From: Dehalococcoidia bacterium
GTDB taxonomy: Bacteria; Chloroflexota; Dehalococcoidia; Lucifugimonadales; UBA3495
DNA: 64,000 nt
Direction: 5' to 3'
NCBI GenBank assembly: GCA_030740155.1
Contig: JASLXV010000020.1
Span: forward strand, 15,994 to 79,993
Within the stretch, counting starts at the first letter, position 1; every line of letters starts with the position of its first letter. Below, in pieces: positions 1-10,322 of the stretch. Both the position numbers and the translations under genes were made by a program. Under the pieces are notes generated by a model. That model did not search any database. It was not told where the DNA came from and was given only the letters and a program-made list of their open reading frames with translations.

Positions 1-2385
1 GTGCGTTACATCGCCGGCCGGGCCGAGGGCGGTCTGCCCTTTCATCGAATGGCCGTGCTGTACCGGCAGTCCGGCCCGTACGCTTCCCTCGTCCCGAGCC
101 AGTTGCGGCTGGCCGGTATCCCGGTTGCCGGCCCCGACCCGGCGCCGCTGCGGGACACGCCGGCAGGGAAACTCTTACTGTCCCTCATGTCCGTCCTGGA
201 AAGCGACCTCAGCCGGGACAGCGTCATGGGCTGGATAGCCGAGACCCCGGTGAACCTCGGCGCGGGTGGCGGCCTTGCCGGGGATCAGTTGGTCCGGTGG
301 GAAATCGTTTCTCGCAGAGCCGGAGTGGTGAAGGGCGCTGGCCAGTGGCAGGAGCGGGTCAGCCATTACCAGGACCGCCTGGCCCAACAGCTTGCCGCCG
401 CCGAGGCCATCGACGAGGAAGCGCCCTCCCGGCTCAGGGGACTGGGCGAGTTGGTGTCATCCGCGGCCGGCCTCACAGCGTTCATCCGGCGGCTTTCCAG
501 GCACCGCCCCCCGGCCGATGGGAGCAAGTGGCAGGAATTTGGAAAGTGGGCCCAGGACCTCTTGATGGAGTATGCCAGCGACCCCGAGGAATGGCCGGAG
601 GAGCATCGCGCCAGCTATGAACGGGTCGTGGGTGCTGTCGAAGACCTGGCCGGGCTGGATGACCTGTCCACGGGGACCGATCTGGCCGGCTTTCACCGGA
701 CGCTGAACGACGCCCTGGGCGTGCCTTCGGGGCATAGCGGGCTGACCGGGTCCGGGGTATTCGTGGCGCAGGCCGCCGCTGCCCAGGGGATGCAATTCGA
801 CGTGGTTTTTCTGGCCGGCATGGCCGAAGGGGCCTTCCCGCCTCATGCGGCGGATGACCCGATGCTGCCCGATTCCATGCGGGAAGCGGTCGGCGAGGGG
901 GCCGGTCTGCCGCTGCGGAGGGACCGGCGAATCGAGGAGCGCCGGTCGTTTCTGGCCGCCCTGGCCGCCGGCGGCGAGCGAGTCCTTTCCTATCCCAGGA
1001 CGAGCGCCTCCGCTCGACAAGGCCAGCATCCTTCGCCCTGGTTCCTGGAAGCCGCCGGGCGTCTGAACGGCAGCCCCGTGAGTTCAGCCGGCATCGCGAA
1101 ATTGGGAACCCAGACCTGGCTTTCGGTCATCCACTCCTCTGAGCACTCCCTGGAGTTCGTGAAACGGTTGGCCCCGGCCGATTCCCACGACTATGACGTC
1201 GAGAGCGTGGCCCGGTGGTGGGCCCAGGGCCATCGCCTGGGGGACCATTTCCTGGCCACGGAGTCTACCCCGGTGGGCCGGTTTATGGCGATGGAACGGG
1301 GCCGGCTGGGGCCGGACTTCACGGCCTGGGACGGGCGCCTGTTCCAAATGGCCGGCAAGAGCCAGCGGCTGTCCCTTCCCGTGGACAGCGAGGTTTCCCC
1401 CACCCGGCTGGAGCGCTGGGCCGTCTGTCCCTTCCGGTACTTCATGGGCGACGTTCTGAATCTCTCCGCCATGGAGCCGCCCGAAGAAGCCCTGGTCATC
1501 TCGTCCTTGGACCGCGGGGTGGTCCTGCACGACATACTGGAGCGCTTCATCAAGACGGTGACGGAACGGGGGGAACTGCCCGGCTACGGCGAGCCATGGG
1601 ACAGCGGGCATCTTCGATTGTTGCAGGACATTGGCGAAAAGGAGTTCGACCGGGCCGAAGCCGAGGGCGTCACCGGGAAGAACCTTTTGTGGCAGGTGGT
1701 CAAGGCAGAGTTTCGGCAGGACCTGGACGCGTTCCTGGAGGAAGATAGCCGCTGGCGGTCCGAGGAGGGCTCCCGGCCTCTATGGGCCGAGCGGCCCTTC
1801 GGCATGGCCGATGCAGGCAGCCTGCCTCCGGTGGTGTTGACGCTGCCGGACGGGGGCCGCCTCCGTTTTCGGGGCCGGATCGACCGCGTCGACTCAGCGG
1901 CCGGCGGCACGAAAGTCGTGGTGATCGATTACAAGTCCGGGGGGACGAGCTACTACCAGGACATGAAGGACGACCCTCTCGCCGGGGGCCGGCACCTGCA
2001 GCTTCCGGTTTACGCCCTGGCCGCCCGCTTCGGCACCGGCGGGGAGCCGGATGCCGATGTCGAAGCCTGCTACTGGTTCGCGACCGCGCGAGGCGGTTTC
2101 GAGCGGAGGACGGTCTCGCTGGCCCAGGTGGAGGACCGGTTCCTGGAGGTGGTCGAGGGTATCGCCTCGGGCATCCAGCAGGGGCTCTTCCCGGCGAATC
2201 CGGGCCCTCCGGGCTGGGAGGGAAAGCCGCGAAACTGCCAGTTCTGCGACTTCGACCGCATCTGCCCGGCGAACCGGGAGGTCCTGTGGGCCCGCAAACG
2301 AGGTAACCCGGAGCTTGGTCCCTATCTGAACCTCGCTGACCTGAACCTCTCCGGCACGGCCGGCACCGAGGAGGCCGCCGAATGA
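1..2385 (+). CDS. addB: AddB/RexB-like helicase-nuclease subunit (inactive helicase plus PD-(D/E)XK nuclease with Fe-S cysteines), 5' end outside the window
   Basis: Motifs SPTRLERWAVCPFRYF, FRGRIDRVD, VIDYKSG and C-terminal NCQFCDFDRIC. Its stop overlaps the start of the UvrD-like gene (ATGA). Confidence 0.85.
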   Translation: MRYIAGRAEGGLPFHRMAVLYRQSGPYASLVPSQLRLAGIPVAGPDPAPLRDTPAGKLLLSLMSVLESDLSRDSVMGWIAETPVNLGAGGGLAGDQLVRWEIVSRRAGVVKGAGQWQERVSHYQDRLAQQLAAAEAIDEEAPSRLRGLGELVSSAAGLTAFIRRLSRHRPPADGSKWQEFGKWAQDLLMEYASDPEEWPEEHRASYERVVGAVEDLAGLDDLSTGTDLAGFHRTLNDALGVPSGHSGLTGSGVFVAQAAAAQGMQFDVVFLAGMAEGAFPPHAADDPMLPDSMREAVGEGAGLPLRRDRRIEERRSFLAALAAGGERVLSYPRTSASARQGQHPSPWFLEAAGRLNGSPVSSAGIAKLGTQTWLSVIHSSEHSLEFVKRLAPADSHDYDVESVARWWAQGHRLGDHFLATESTPVGRFMAMERGRLGPDFTAWDGRLFQMAGKSQRLSLPVDSEVSPTRLERWAVCPFRYFMGDVLNLSAMEPPEEALVISSLDRGVVLHDILERFIKTVTERGELPGYGEPWDSGHLRLLQDIGEKEFDRAEAEGVTGKNLLWQVVKAEFRQDLDAFLEEDSRWRSEEGSRPLWAERPFGMADAGSLPPVVLTLPDGGRLRFRGRIDRVDSAAGGTKVVVIDYKSGGTSYYQDMKDDPLAGGRHLQLPVYALAARFGTGGEPDADVEACYWFATARGGFERRTVSLAQVEDRFLEVVEGIASGIQQGLFPANPGPPGWEGKPRNCQFCDFDRICPANREVLWARKRGNPELGPYLNLADLNLSGTAGTEEAAE

Positions 2386-5300
2386 CCGGGGGAGTCATGC
2401 CCATCGACCAGGCCCAGCGCGACCGGATCGCCCGGTCGCTGGACGAGACGCTGTTCGTGGAGGCCGGTGCCGGCACCGGAAAGACCACGGCGCTGGTGAC
2501 CCGCATCGCGGAGTTGCTGGCCTCCGGCCGGGCGGATATCGACAGCATCGCCGCCATCACCTTCACCGAGGCGGCGGCTTCCGAGCTTGGGGAAAAGGTC
2601 CGGTTGGCATTGGAAACCTTAGCCCGGGACCCGGACCGCGGCGAGGCCGAGAGAGAGCGCTGCCTCAAGGCAACCCGTGGCATGGAGAGGGCGTCAATCC
2701 AGACCCTGCACGGCTTCGCCGGCTCGTTGCTCCGGCAGCGGCCGCTGGAGGCCGGACTCCCGCCCGGCTTCGAGACCGTCGAGGAGATCGGGGCCGGACT
2801 CGATTTCGAGCGGCGGTGGCAGGAATGGCTGGACCAGGCACTGGAAGCGGCGGAGATTGGTCCCCTCATCCTGAAGGCCCTGTCCCTGGGGTTGCGACTG
2901 GATGACCTGTCCACCATCGCAAGGGACTTTCACCGGAGCTACGATTTGCTGGATAACCCGTTCCCGGCGGCGGCGGAGCCGGCCGGGCGGGCGGTGCAGG
3001 CCCTGGTTGAAGCAGCCGGAGAGATCAAGAGGCTGCTTCCCCTCGCCCGGTTCGGACCGGATGACCCCCTCGCTTCCCATGCCGGCCGGGTGGCCGCCCT
3101 GGCAGACCGGCTCGGCGCGGCGGAGGGTTGGCGGGACTCGGCCTTCGGTGTCCTGGTCCGGTGGGGAAAGCTGTCGTTTTCAAGGGGAAGGAAGCCGGAC
3201 TGGGGGGACGATCCGGCGACGGCAAACAACGGTTGCACGGCCATGAAGGACCTCCTGCGGGAGCTGGAAGAGGTGAAAGCTCAAGAACTGGAAGGCCTCC
3301 GGCGGGCGGCGCTGCTGCCTTTGCTGGAAAGCCTGCGGACCTTTGTCCTGGGCTATGCGGGCGAGCGGCGTGGCCTCGGAAAGGCGGAGTTCCACGACCT
3401 CCTGGTGTGGGCCCGGGACCTGCTTCGGGACAACCGGGAGGTCAGGAGTCATTTCCGGCGGCGTTACAGCCATATCTTGATCGACGAGTTTCAGGATATC
3501 GACCCAATCCAGGCAGAGATCGCATTCTTCCTGTCCGGCCATCCGGCGGCAGAGGATGCAGAAGATGCCGGGCCGGCGGACTGGACGCGCACGCGAATCG
3601 TCCCGGGCAAGCTGTTTCTGGTCGGAGACACCAAGCAGTCCATCTACCGGTTTCGCCGGGCCGACATAGCCTCCCTGGGGCGGATACGCGCCCTCCTGGG
3701 TAAGGAGAGCACGCCACTGGTGCAGAACTTTCGCTCCCAGGGGCCGGTCATCTCCTGGGTCAACGCCCTGTTCGAAAAGTGGATGACCGACGACGCCGCT
3801 ACCGGCCTGCAAGCCCCTTACATCTCTCTTTCCGCCAGTTGGCAGCCCCCCGGGGCCACTCCACCTCTTGGGGTCCACTGGGCCGGTGGGGTGCGAAAGG
3901 CTCCGGCGCCGGAGGTCCGCCGGGAAGAGAGCGAGACCATCGCCGTGCTGGTCCACGACATCCGATCCGCTCCCTGGAGCGTGCGCGAAGCCGGTTCCCC
4001 GGCACTGCGGGCCGCCAGGTATCAGGACATCTGCATCCTGTTGCCCACCCGCACCGGCCTGCCCTCGCTGGAGCAGGCGCTGGATGACGCCGCCATCCCC
4101 TACCGGGTGGAAGGCCCGTCCCTGGTTCTGGGCACCCAGGACGTCCGCGACCTCCTCGGTTGCTTGCGAGCCATTGACGCCCCGGCCGACCAGGTTGCCT
4201 TGGTGGCCGCGCTCCGGTCGTCGGCATTTGCCTGCAGCGACGTGGAGCTTCTTGAGTTCGTGGAAAACGGCGGAAAGTTGGACTACCTCGAACCCGGCCT
4301 AGCCGGCGGGCCGGTGGGGGAGGCCCTGGAGGTGCTATGCCGGTACCACCGGGATCGGGTGTGGGAACCGCCGGACCGGCTCATCGAGAGGTTTGTGCGG
4401 GAACGCCGGATGGTGGAGGCCTGCTTCGGGAAAGCCAGGCCTCGGGAACGGTGGCGGAGGATACGCTTCGTCGTCGAGCGTTCCCGGGTTTTCGCCGAGG
4501 TTGAAGGGGGCTCGCTCCGGGCTTTTCTGGACTGGATCGAAGGCCAAGCCAGGGAAGGGGCCCGCATGGTAGAAGCTCCCGTGCTCGAGACCGATGAGGA
4601 TGCCGTCCGCATCATGACCATCCACTCCTCCAAAGGGCTGGAATTTCCCATCGTCGTGCTGGCTGGCCTGGGGGTCGGCCGGGGTCATCGGACCGGACCG
4701 GTCATTTTCGACCGGACCACCGGGTCGGTGGAGGTGCGCGCCGGGGCCTTTGCCACCGCTGGGTATGAGGACGCGCAAATACAGGAACGCGCGGCGGACC
4801 GGGCGGAAGGAGTCCGGTTGATGTACGTGGCCGCCACTCGGGCGAGGGATCACCTGATCGTCAGTCTGTTTCATCCGGCCCAGGCCAAGGGGTCCCCGGC
4901 GGCGATCATCAGCGGGCTGGGCTCGGAGAGCGACGGCCTCTGGAACGAGGTTTCCATCCCGGATAATCCCGCCACGGGGGAACCCTTCAGGCCGAACGGG
5001 ACCGGCGACGGCTCGGCGGATACCGATGCCGATCGGACGGTATGGGCCCAGCGGCGCGAAGCGGTTATCCGGCGTGCCTCCAGGCCGGCCAGCCTGGCCG
5101 TGACCGCCCTCGCCAGGATAGACAAGGAAGAGGCGGAGCGCGGCGAAGTGCACTATCGGCGGGGCCGTGGTGGCAGCACCCTCGGACGGGCCGTTCACAG
5201 CGTGCTGCAAATTGTGGACCTGGCCACCGGGATGAACCTGGAGGACATCAGCCGGGCCCAGGCCGCCGCCGAGGGCATTGCGGACCGTTGGCAAGAGGTG

Positions 5301-5729
5301 GCAAGCCTTGGCCGGACCGGGTTGGAGACGCCGCTAGTGAAGCGGGCGGTGGCCACCGGCCGGTACCACCGGGAGGTGTTCGTCAGTACCCCCCTAGAGG
5401 GCACCCTGTTCGAAGGCTTCATCGACCTGCTGTTCGAGGACGCCGACGGTCTGACCGTGGTGGACTACAAGACCGATGCGCTGGAGGCCGGAAAAGAGCT
5501 GGCCCAGGGCAGTGAACGGTACGCTATGCAAGTTGGGGCCTACGCGATGGCGGTGCAACGGGCCACGGGTAAACCGGTGCGACGAGTGGTGCTGCTCTTT
5601 CTACACGCCGGCGTGGAGGTACCCTTTGACGACGTTGAAGAGATGATGGACGCAGCCGAAAAGAAAGCCAGAGAATCGCTCGTTGCCATTGGCCAACCGA
5701 TGCCCGGAACGCAAAATCCAACAGGTTGA
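2382..5729 (+). CDS. addA: AddA-like UvrD helicase / PD-(D/E)XK nuclease
   Basis: Walker A AGAGTGKT, ILIDEFQD, VGDTKQSIYRFR, MTIHSSKGLEF, YVAATRA, and C-terminal EGFIDLLF...VDYKT nuclease motif. Confidence 0.9.
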   Translation: MTGGVMPIDQAQRDRIARSLDETLFVEAGAGTGKTTALVTRIAELLASGRADIDSIAAITFTEAAASELGEKVRLALETLARDPDRGEAERERCLKATRGMERASIQTLHGFAGSLLRQRPLEAGLPPGFETVEEIGAGLDFERRWQEWLDQALEAAEIGPLILKALSLGLRLDDLSTIARDFHRSYDLLDNPFPAAAEPAGRAVQALVEAAGEIKRLLPLARFGPDDPLASHAGRVAALADRLGAAEGWRDSAFGVLVRWGKLSFSRGRKPDWGDDPATANNGCTAMKDLLRELEEVKAQELEGLRRAALLPLLESLRTFVLGYAGERRGLGKAEFHDLLVWARDLLRDNREVRSHFRRRYSHILIDEFQDIDPIQAEIAFFLSGHPAAEDAEDAGPADWTRTRIVPGKLFLVGDTKQSIYRFRRADIASLGRIRALLGKESTPLVQNFRSQGPVISWVNALFEKWMTDDAATGLQAPYISLSASWQPPGATPPLGVHWAGGVRKAPAPEVRREESETIAVLVHDIRSAPWSVREAGSPALRAARYQDICILLPTRTGLPSLEQALDDAAIPYRVEGPSLVLGTQDVRDLLGCLRAIDAPADQVALVAALRSSAFACSDVELLEFVENGGKLDYLEPGLAGGPVGEALEVLCRYHRDRVWEPPDRLIERFVRERRMVEACFGKARPRERWRRIRFVVERSRVFAEVEGGSLRAFLDWIEGQAREGARMVEAPVLETDEDAVRIMTIHSSKGLEFPIVVLAGLGVGRGHRTGPVIFDRTTGSVEVRAGAFATAGYEDAQIQERAADRAEGVRLMYVAATRARDHLIVSLFHPAQAKGSPAAIISGLGSESDGLWNEVSIPDNPATGEPFRPNGTGDGSADTDADRTVWAQRREAVIRRASRPASLAVTALARIDKEEAERGEVHYRRGRGGSTLGRAVHSVLQIVDLATGMNLEDISRAQAAAEGIADRWQEVASLGRTGLETPLVKRAVATGRYHREVFVSTPLEGTLFEGFIDLLFEDADGLTVVDYKTDALEAGKELAQGSERYAMQVGAYAMAVQRATGKPVRRVVLLFLHAGVEVPFDDVEEMMDAAEKKARESLVAIGQPMPGTQNPTG

Positions 5730-5746
5730 TAAAGACAATCTTTTTG

Positions 5747-5820
5747 CCCTCGTCCTGACCTTCTCCCTCAGGGAGAAGGGATTTGGCCTCTCCACGTTAC
5801 AAAGGGGGAGATCAGAAAGA
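5747..5820. repeat. REP-like palindromes downstream of addA (CCTTCTCCC-TCA-GGGAGAAGG hairpin plus a degenerate AAAGGGGG-family copy)
   Basis: Inverted repeat seen directly; related copies at 10974-11160 and 8381-8511. Confidence 0.6.
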
Positions 5821-6134
5821 AGGTAGCGACTGTCTAGCTGCCACCGCAAGCCCCGTGGTAGGCCCCGGTGGTGAGGTGGTCCCCTTCAGCTTCTGACGAG
5901 CCCGAGAGCGATTCTAGGAACTGCCCTGGCGCATCCCGAAGCGGGGAAAAGCAGGCAAGTAAGGGCGCACTTCCGCAGCCCTCGAATTCCCCTCGGTGCT
6001 ATACTCAACTCCGGCGCTTCCGACGCCTCTTCCCTGGATACGCGATTCAAGGCGGGTGAGGGCTTCGCTGCGCCGGGTGGTGGCCGGTACGGCCACCCTG
6101 TTGATGGACGACGCAAAACTCGCCCCACGGCTGA

Positions 6135-7388
6135 TTGCAGCCGGGGGCGAAGAAGGGACAGCCGTTGCTAAGGCTGCTGGTTACCGCCGGACTCCTGCGG
6201 TCCTTTCAGGTGCGGAACTACCGCTTCTTGTGGGCCTCAAGCACCTCTGTAAGGTTCGCCGAGCAGATGCAGCTATTGGTCCTCTCCTGGTTTGTCGTCA
6301 CCGGGACCGAATCCTTGTTGCTGCTTGGCCTGTTCGGCGCGCTGCGATTCAGCGGCACCCTATTTGGCGCCGCCTACGGCGTGGTGGTGGACCGTTCCAA
6401 CCGGCGGCGGCTTCTGATCGGCGTGCGGCTGACCGTTTGCGTCCTGTCTACGGTGATATTGTTGCTCGTTGTCACGGACCGTCTGGAACTCTGGCACGTC
6501 TTCGTGCTCACGGGCGTGGGCGGTCTGGCCCGGGCCTTCGACAATATCACCCGGCAGACGTTGATGGGTGACGTAATGAGAAAAGAGGAACTGATCAACG
6601 CCATGGCCCTGGACCGCACCGGCTCGGACGCGAGCCAGATAGTGGGCCCCCTGCTCGGTGGCGTAATGCTGAGCCGTTTCGACATGGGCCCGGTCTTCAT
6701 GGCCATCGTCGCGGTGAATCTGCTGGGGCTCACATGCGCCCTGTTGGTTCGCCTGGCGAACCCGGCGGAGGTCAAAACGTCGCCTTCGGTGTGGCGCAGC
6801 CTGGTGGAGGGGGGCGGATACATCCGCGGGCACGATGCGGTCCTGGCACTGCTGCTGTTCGCCTTCTTGATCAACCTGGCTGCTTTCCCCTTAACCCACG
6901 GCATGATGCCCGTCTTCGCCAGGGACGTCCTGCATACGGGCCCGGTAGGACTCGCGGCGCTGACCTCGGCCGTCGCCACGGGCGCTTTCATCGGCTCCTT
7001 CGGCCTTGCCGCGAAAGGAGGGTTCGCCAAGCCCGGTGTCGTGGCGGTTCTGGCGGTGGTGGCTTGGTGCACGACCATCCTGGTTTTCACCCAATCTTCC
7101 TGGATGGTCGTTTCTCTGGCCATTCTGCTGGCGTCTGGTGTCAGCCAATCGTTCAGCCTTGTGAGCGTCGATTCGCTGCTCTTGAGGCTGGTACCGGCCG
7201 AGCTTCGGGGCAGAATAATGGGAGTTCGCTCGATGGCCGTCTACGGGCTGCCCATGGGCCTCCTGGCGATCGGCGCTATGGCCGACCTCATGGGTGCGCC
7301 GCGTGCGATTGCCATCATGGCGGCTGGGGGAGCGGTATTGACCTTGGTGATCGCGGCTTGGCTTCGGGAGCTGTGGTCTGCGTCCTGA
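6135..7388 (+). CDS. MFS transporter (start uncertain, may be ~6165)
   Basis: About 12 hydrophobic segments, RNYRFLW N-terminal motif, GVVVDRSNRRRLL (MFS motif A), LRGRIMG. Confidence 0.85.
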   Translation: MQPGAKKGQPLLRLLVTAGLLRSFQVRNYRFLWASSTSVRFAEQMQLLVLSWFVVTGTESLLLLGLFGALRFSGTLFGAAYGVVVDRSNRRRLLIGVRLTVCVLSTVILLLVVTDRLELWHVFVLTGVGGLARAFDNITRQTLMGDVMRKEELINAMALDRTGSDASQIVGPLLGGVMLSRFDMGPVFMAIVAVNLLGLTCALLVRLANPAEVKTSPSVWRSLVEGGGYIRGHDAVLALLLFAFLINLAAFPLTHGMMPVFARDVLHTGPVGLAALTSAVATGAFIGSFGLAAKGGFAKPGVVAVLAVVAWCTTILVFTQSSWMVVSLAILLASGVSQSFSLVSVDSLLLRLVPAELRGRIMGVRSMAVYGLPMGLLAIGAMADLMGAPRAIAIMAAGGAVLTLVIAAWLRELWSAS

Positions 7389-7473
7389 CGGCAGGTTAGC
7401 CGTCCGGAAAGGGACCCCGGCCAGGCTGGCTACCAACCCTGGCTGCTTGCCATATTATGTGAAGGACGTGGCG

Positions 7474-8304
7474 TCACAACCCGTGGCTGGAAAGGAACTC
7501 TCGCACCGTGCTCTCGAACTCATCGAGCTTGTCGTGAACGATGTAGTGCCCCGCGCCCTGGAAGGTTACCGCCCGGCTGCCCGGTATCGTCCGCACCATG
7601 CGGTCCCGGTGCTCCGCGGAGACGATGGCGCTCTCGGCTCCGATCAGGAGCAGGAACGGACCCGGTACGCGCTCGACGTACTGCCATAGCTCCAGCGGCA
7701 CGAAGTCTCGCTGGATCATCGGGTCGCGCTTCAGTCCCAACTTTCCCCCGGAAAGCTGCCTGGTGCCCTGGCGGGCGAGGTTGAGGAAGGCCTCCGGCGG
7801 GGTGCGCCGGTTGTCGCCCCGCAGGTGCTCGGCCCACTGCTCGACCGTGTCGAACTCCGGGTCTCCTCCGGCGACACGGTCGGCGAACCTCTGGGATATC
7901 TCAGCGGGGCGGACGGGGCCGACATCCTCCATGATGAGGGCTGCGACCTGCTCCGGATGCTGGCCCGCGTAGACCAGGGCCACGCGGCCGCCCAGGGAGC
8001 CTCCCAGGACGATGACCTCTCGCAGGCCAAGGTGCTCCACCAGCGCGGCAACGTCGGAGGCGTAGTGCTCGGTGGTGTAGTTGCCTTCGCCGGCCCACTC
8101 GCTTTCACCGTGGCCCCGCAGGTCCAGGGCCAGGACCCGGTAGTCCCCGCTCATGCGTTTCGCGAAGTCATCCCAGGTGTGGGCCTGGCTGCTCACGTGA
8201 TGCAGCAAGACCAGAGGCCTCGCCTCCTCGTTGCCCCATCGCAGGTAGTGGAGCCGCAGCGGCCCCGACTGGAAGTAATGGTCCCCCGCTGATCCTGTGC
8301 TCAT
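7474..8304 (-). CDS. Alpha/beta fold hydrolase
   Basis: DLRGHGES, nucleophile elbow GGSLGG, catalytic His in GAGHYIV. Confidence 0.9.
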   Translation of the reverse strand: MSTGSAGDHYFQSGPLRLHYLRWGNEEARPLVLLHHVSSQAHTWDDFAKRMSGDYRVLALDLRGHGESEWAGEGNYTTEHYASDVAALVEHLGLREVIVLGGSLGGRVALVYAGQHPEQVAALIMEDVGPVRPAEISQRFADRVAGGDPEFDTVEQWAEHLRGDNRRTPPEAFLNLARQGTRQLSGGKLGLKRDPMIQRDFVPLELWQYVERVPGPFLLLIGAESAIVSAEHRDRMVRTIPGSRAVTFQGAGHYIVHDKLDEFESTVREFLSSHGL

Positions 8305-8380
8305 CGCATGGTACCTCGAACAATACTGGCCGGGTAACCCGGCCGTGGCGCTTCAAAGTTTGAGAGCTTGGTTTGCGACG

Positions 8381-8511
8381 AAATCCCCCTAAATCCCCCT
8401 TTACCAAAGGGGGACTTGTGGACCTTCCCGTCGCAAATCTTGCCAACCCGAGGCCCCTGAAGCCGTGGCCATCCTGCCTCCCCCTTTGTAAAGGGGGATC
8501 GAGGGGGATTT
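8381..8511. repeat. Pair of CCCCCTTT-N-AAAGGGGG palindromic repeats
   Basis: AAATCCCCCTAAATCCCCCTTTACCAAAGGGGGA and CCTCCCCCTTTGTAAAGGGGGATCGAGGGGGATTT; further copies at ~25587, ~45619, ~47100, ~51893. Confidence 0.8.
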
Positions 8512-8583
8512 CCCCGCGGCCGAGCCGCCGTCAAGGCGACCGCTCCGGGTTTGAATCTCCCCAATCCATCTAGCGGACGTTGG

Positions 8584-9687
8584 TTATGTAAACCTGGCGC
8601 TGCCGGGTATCTCCAGCACCGCCTCCAGCTTACCGTCGCGGATCGAATAGTAGTGCGAGTGAATGTTGACCGGGGTGCCGCCGTGTGAGGGGATGAGCCA
8701 GACCTTGTCCCCCAGGGCCAGCTGCCGGGCGTCGCCCTCCAGCGCCAGGCTGCCGTGCTCCGCTGAGAGCTTCTCGACTGTGGCGCCCTTGGGCCAGGCC
8801 GCCTCGGGCAGGCCAAGTGTCACGCCGATGGCCTTGTGGCCGCAGTCGACGATGGCCCGCTCTTTGGACGGCCGGCTGATGACCGTGGCCAGTACCATCA
8901 GCGAAACGTCGAAGTCCGGCACGTACCGGTAGTGGGCGTCCATGAAGGGGTAGGCCCCCGCCTGTACCTCGGTGACCCCGTCGATCTCGCTGGTGATGTT
9001 CCAGGTGCCGGTGCCGCCGGCGCTGACCACCTCGACGGGCAGCCCGGCCCTCTCGACCAGTTCCCGTGAGTCCACGAGCTTCCGGACGCGGGCTTTGGTT
9101 TCGATCGAGCGTTCCTCGAAGTCCTCTATCCACATCCCCCCCTCGTATCCCATGAGCCCGGCGAAGTGAAGGCCCGGAGCATTCGCCACCACCTTGGCCA
9201 GGTCCACCACGCCAGGGCCGGGCTCGACTCCGCACCGGTCGAGACCGACGTTCACGTCCACCACCGCCCGCAGGATGACGCCGTGGGCTTGGGCGGCCTG
9301 GGACAGCTCCTCGACGTTCTGGGGATCGTCCACGGCCACCATCATGTTGGCATCGCGGGCCAGGCTCATCAGCCGGGCAACTTTGGGGCGGGTGACTATC
9401 TCGTTGGCGATGAAAACGTCCTTGATGCCGCCGTGGACCATCACCTCCGCTTCGCCCACCTTGGCGCAGCAGACTCCTCCCGCGGTTGCGCCGGCAGCGA
9501 GCTGCCGGTGGGCCAGGATTGGGCTCTTATGGGCCTTGACGTGAGGTCTCACCTTGGACGTCTGCGTAGCGAAGTAGCCATGGAGCGTTTTCAGGTTGCG
9601 TTCCATTACCGGGAGGTCGATTAGAAGGGCGGGAGTGTCCAACTCCTCCACGGGGGTTCCGGGCAGGGGCAAGAAGTCCAAAGGCAT
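8584..9687 (-). CDS. D-threonine aldolase / DSD1-family PLP enzyme (alanine racemase fold)
   Basis: TPALLIDL, RPHVKAHK (PLP Lys), SAGGTGT, EVQAGAY, SAEHG. Confidence 0.85.
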   Translation of the reverse strand: MPLDFLPLPGTPVEELDTPALLIDLPVMERNLKTLHGYFATQTSKVRPHVKAHKSPILAHRQLAAGATAGGVCCAKVGEAEVMVHGGIKDVFIANEIVTRPKVARLMSLARDANMMVAVDDPQNVEELSQAAQAHGVILRAVVDVNVGLDRCGVEPGPGVVDLAKVVANAPGLHFAGLMGYEGGMWIEDFEERSIETKARVRKLVDSRELVERAGLPVEVVSAGGTGTWNITSEIDGVTEVQAGAYPFMDAHYRYVPDFDVSLMVLATVISRPSKERAIVDCGHKAIGVTLGLPEAAWPKGATVEKLSAEHGSLALEGDARQLALGDKVWLIPSHGGTPVNIHSHYYSIRDGKLEAVLEIPGSARFT

Positions 9688-9826
9688 CGGGGGTCCTCCT
9701 TTCCGCCGCGCCTGGGCCTATCGCGGAGCCGTCGGCGCTATTGAAGTCTGGCAGCGGCCTGGTTCAGAGATGCCGTTTCATTCAGGCCCATCTTTGACCG
9801 AGTCTTGCCGAGCCAGGGATGACGGG

Positions 9827-10309
9827 CTATCGCTCTTTGAAGAAAGGATAAGGTACAGGCCGGCCGCCCCGGAGCGGCAACACAACGGTGGCCGTGCCGA
9901 AGGAAAGAACGCTGGTGTCCTCTTTGCTGAGGACAATATCCAGGTCCAGGTAGCCCAGGCCATCTTCGACGCGCTTGGCGGAGACTTTGCCGCTGAAGGT
10001 GAAGGTGTGATGGGGAAGCAGATTGCCCCTCAGCTGATGGTAGACTTTCCACACCCAGCCGCCATCACCCACCCAGTGATACAGGAGTTTGTAGAAACAT
10101 GCCTGAGTCCAGTAACCTGAGCCGACCACGTTTTCCAGGCCGAGTTCGTTGACCGCGAACTCGTAATCGTAGTGGTCCCGGCGCCAGGTCTCGACCGCGG
10201 CACACCAGCGCACCATGACCGGTACCGAGTAGTCCAGGGACCAGGAAGGGATATCGGCGCCCACCGGCACATCTTCGTAGGCCAGGTCCCGATTCTTTGT
10301 TTGAGCCAT
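9827..10309 (-). CDS. MaoC-like hotdog-fold dehydratase subunit
   Basis: YEDVPVG start, RRDHYDYEFA, FSGKVSAK, GTATVVLP; paired with the adjacent hotdog gene. Confidence 0.7.
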   Translation of the reverse strand: MAQTKNRDLAYEDVPVGADIPSWSLDYSVPVMVRWCAAVETWRRDHYDYEFAVNELGLENVVGSGYWTQACFYKLLYHWVGDGGWVWKVYHQLRGNLLPHHTFTFSGKVSAKRVEDGLGYLDLDIVLSKEDTSVLSFGTATVVLPLRGGRPVPYPFFKER

Positions 10310-10322
10310 GGTTCTCGCTCCT

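Noticed and set aside
1..2385. Cas4-like nuclease or defence system
   Set aside because: The Fe-S PD-(D/E)XK domain is the C-terminus of an AddB-like protein coupled to AddA, i.e. ordinary recombination repair.
8301..8816. ORFs containing SPFTKG/SPFGKGG peptides
   Set aside because: Translations of the CCCCCTTT/AAAGGGGG palindromic repeat.
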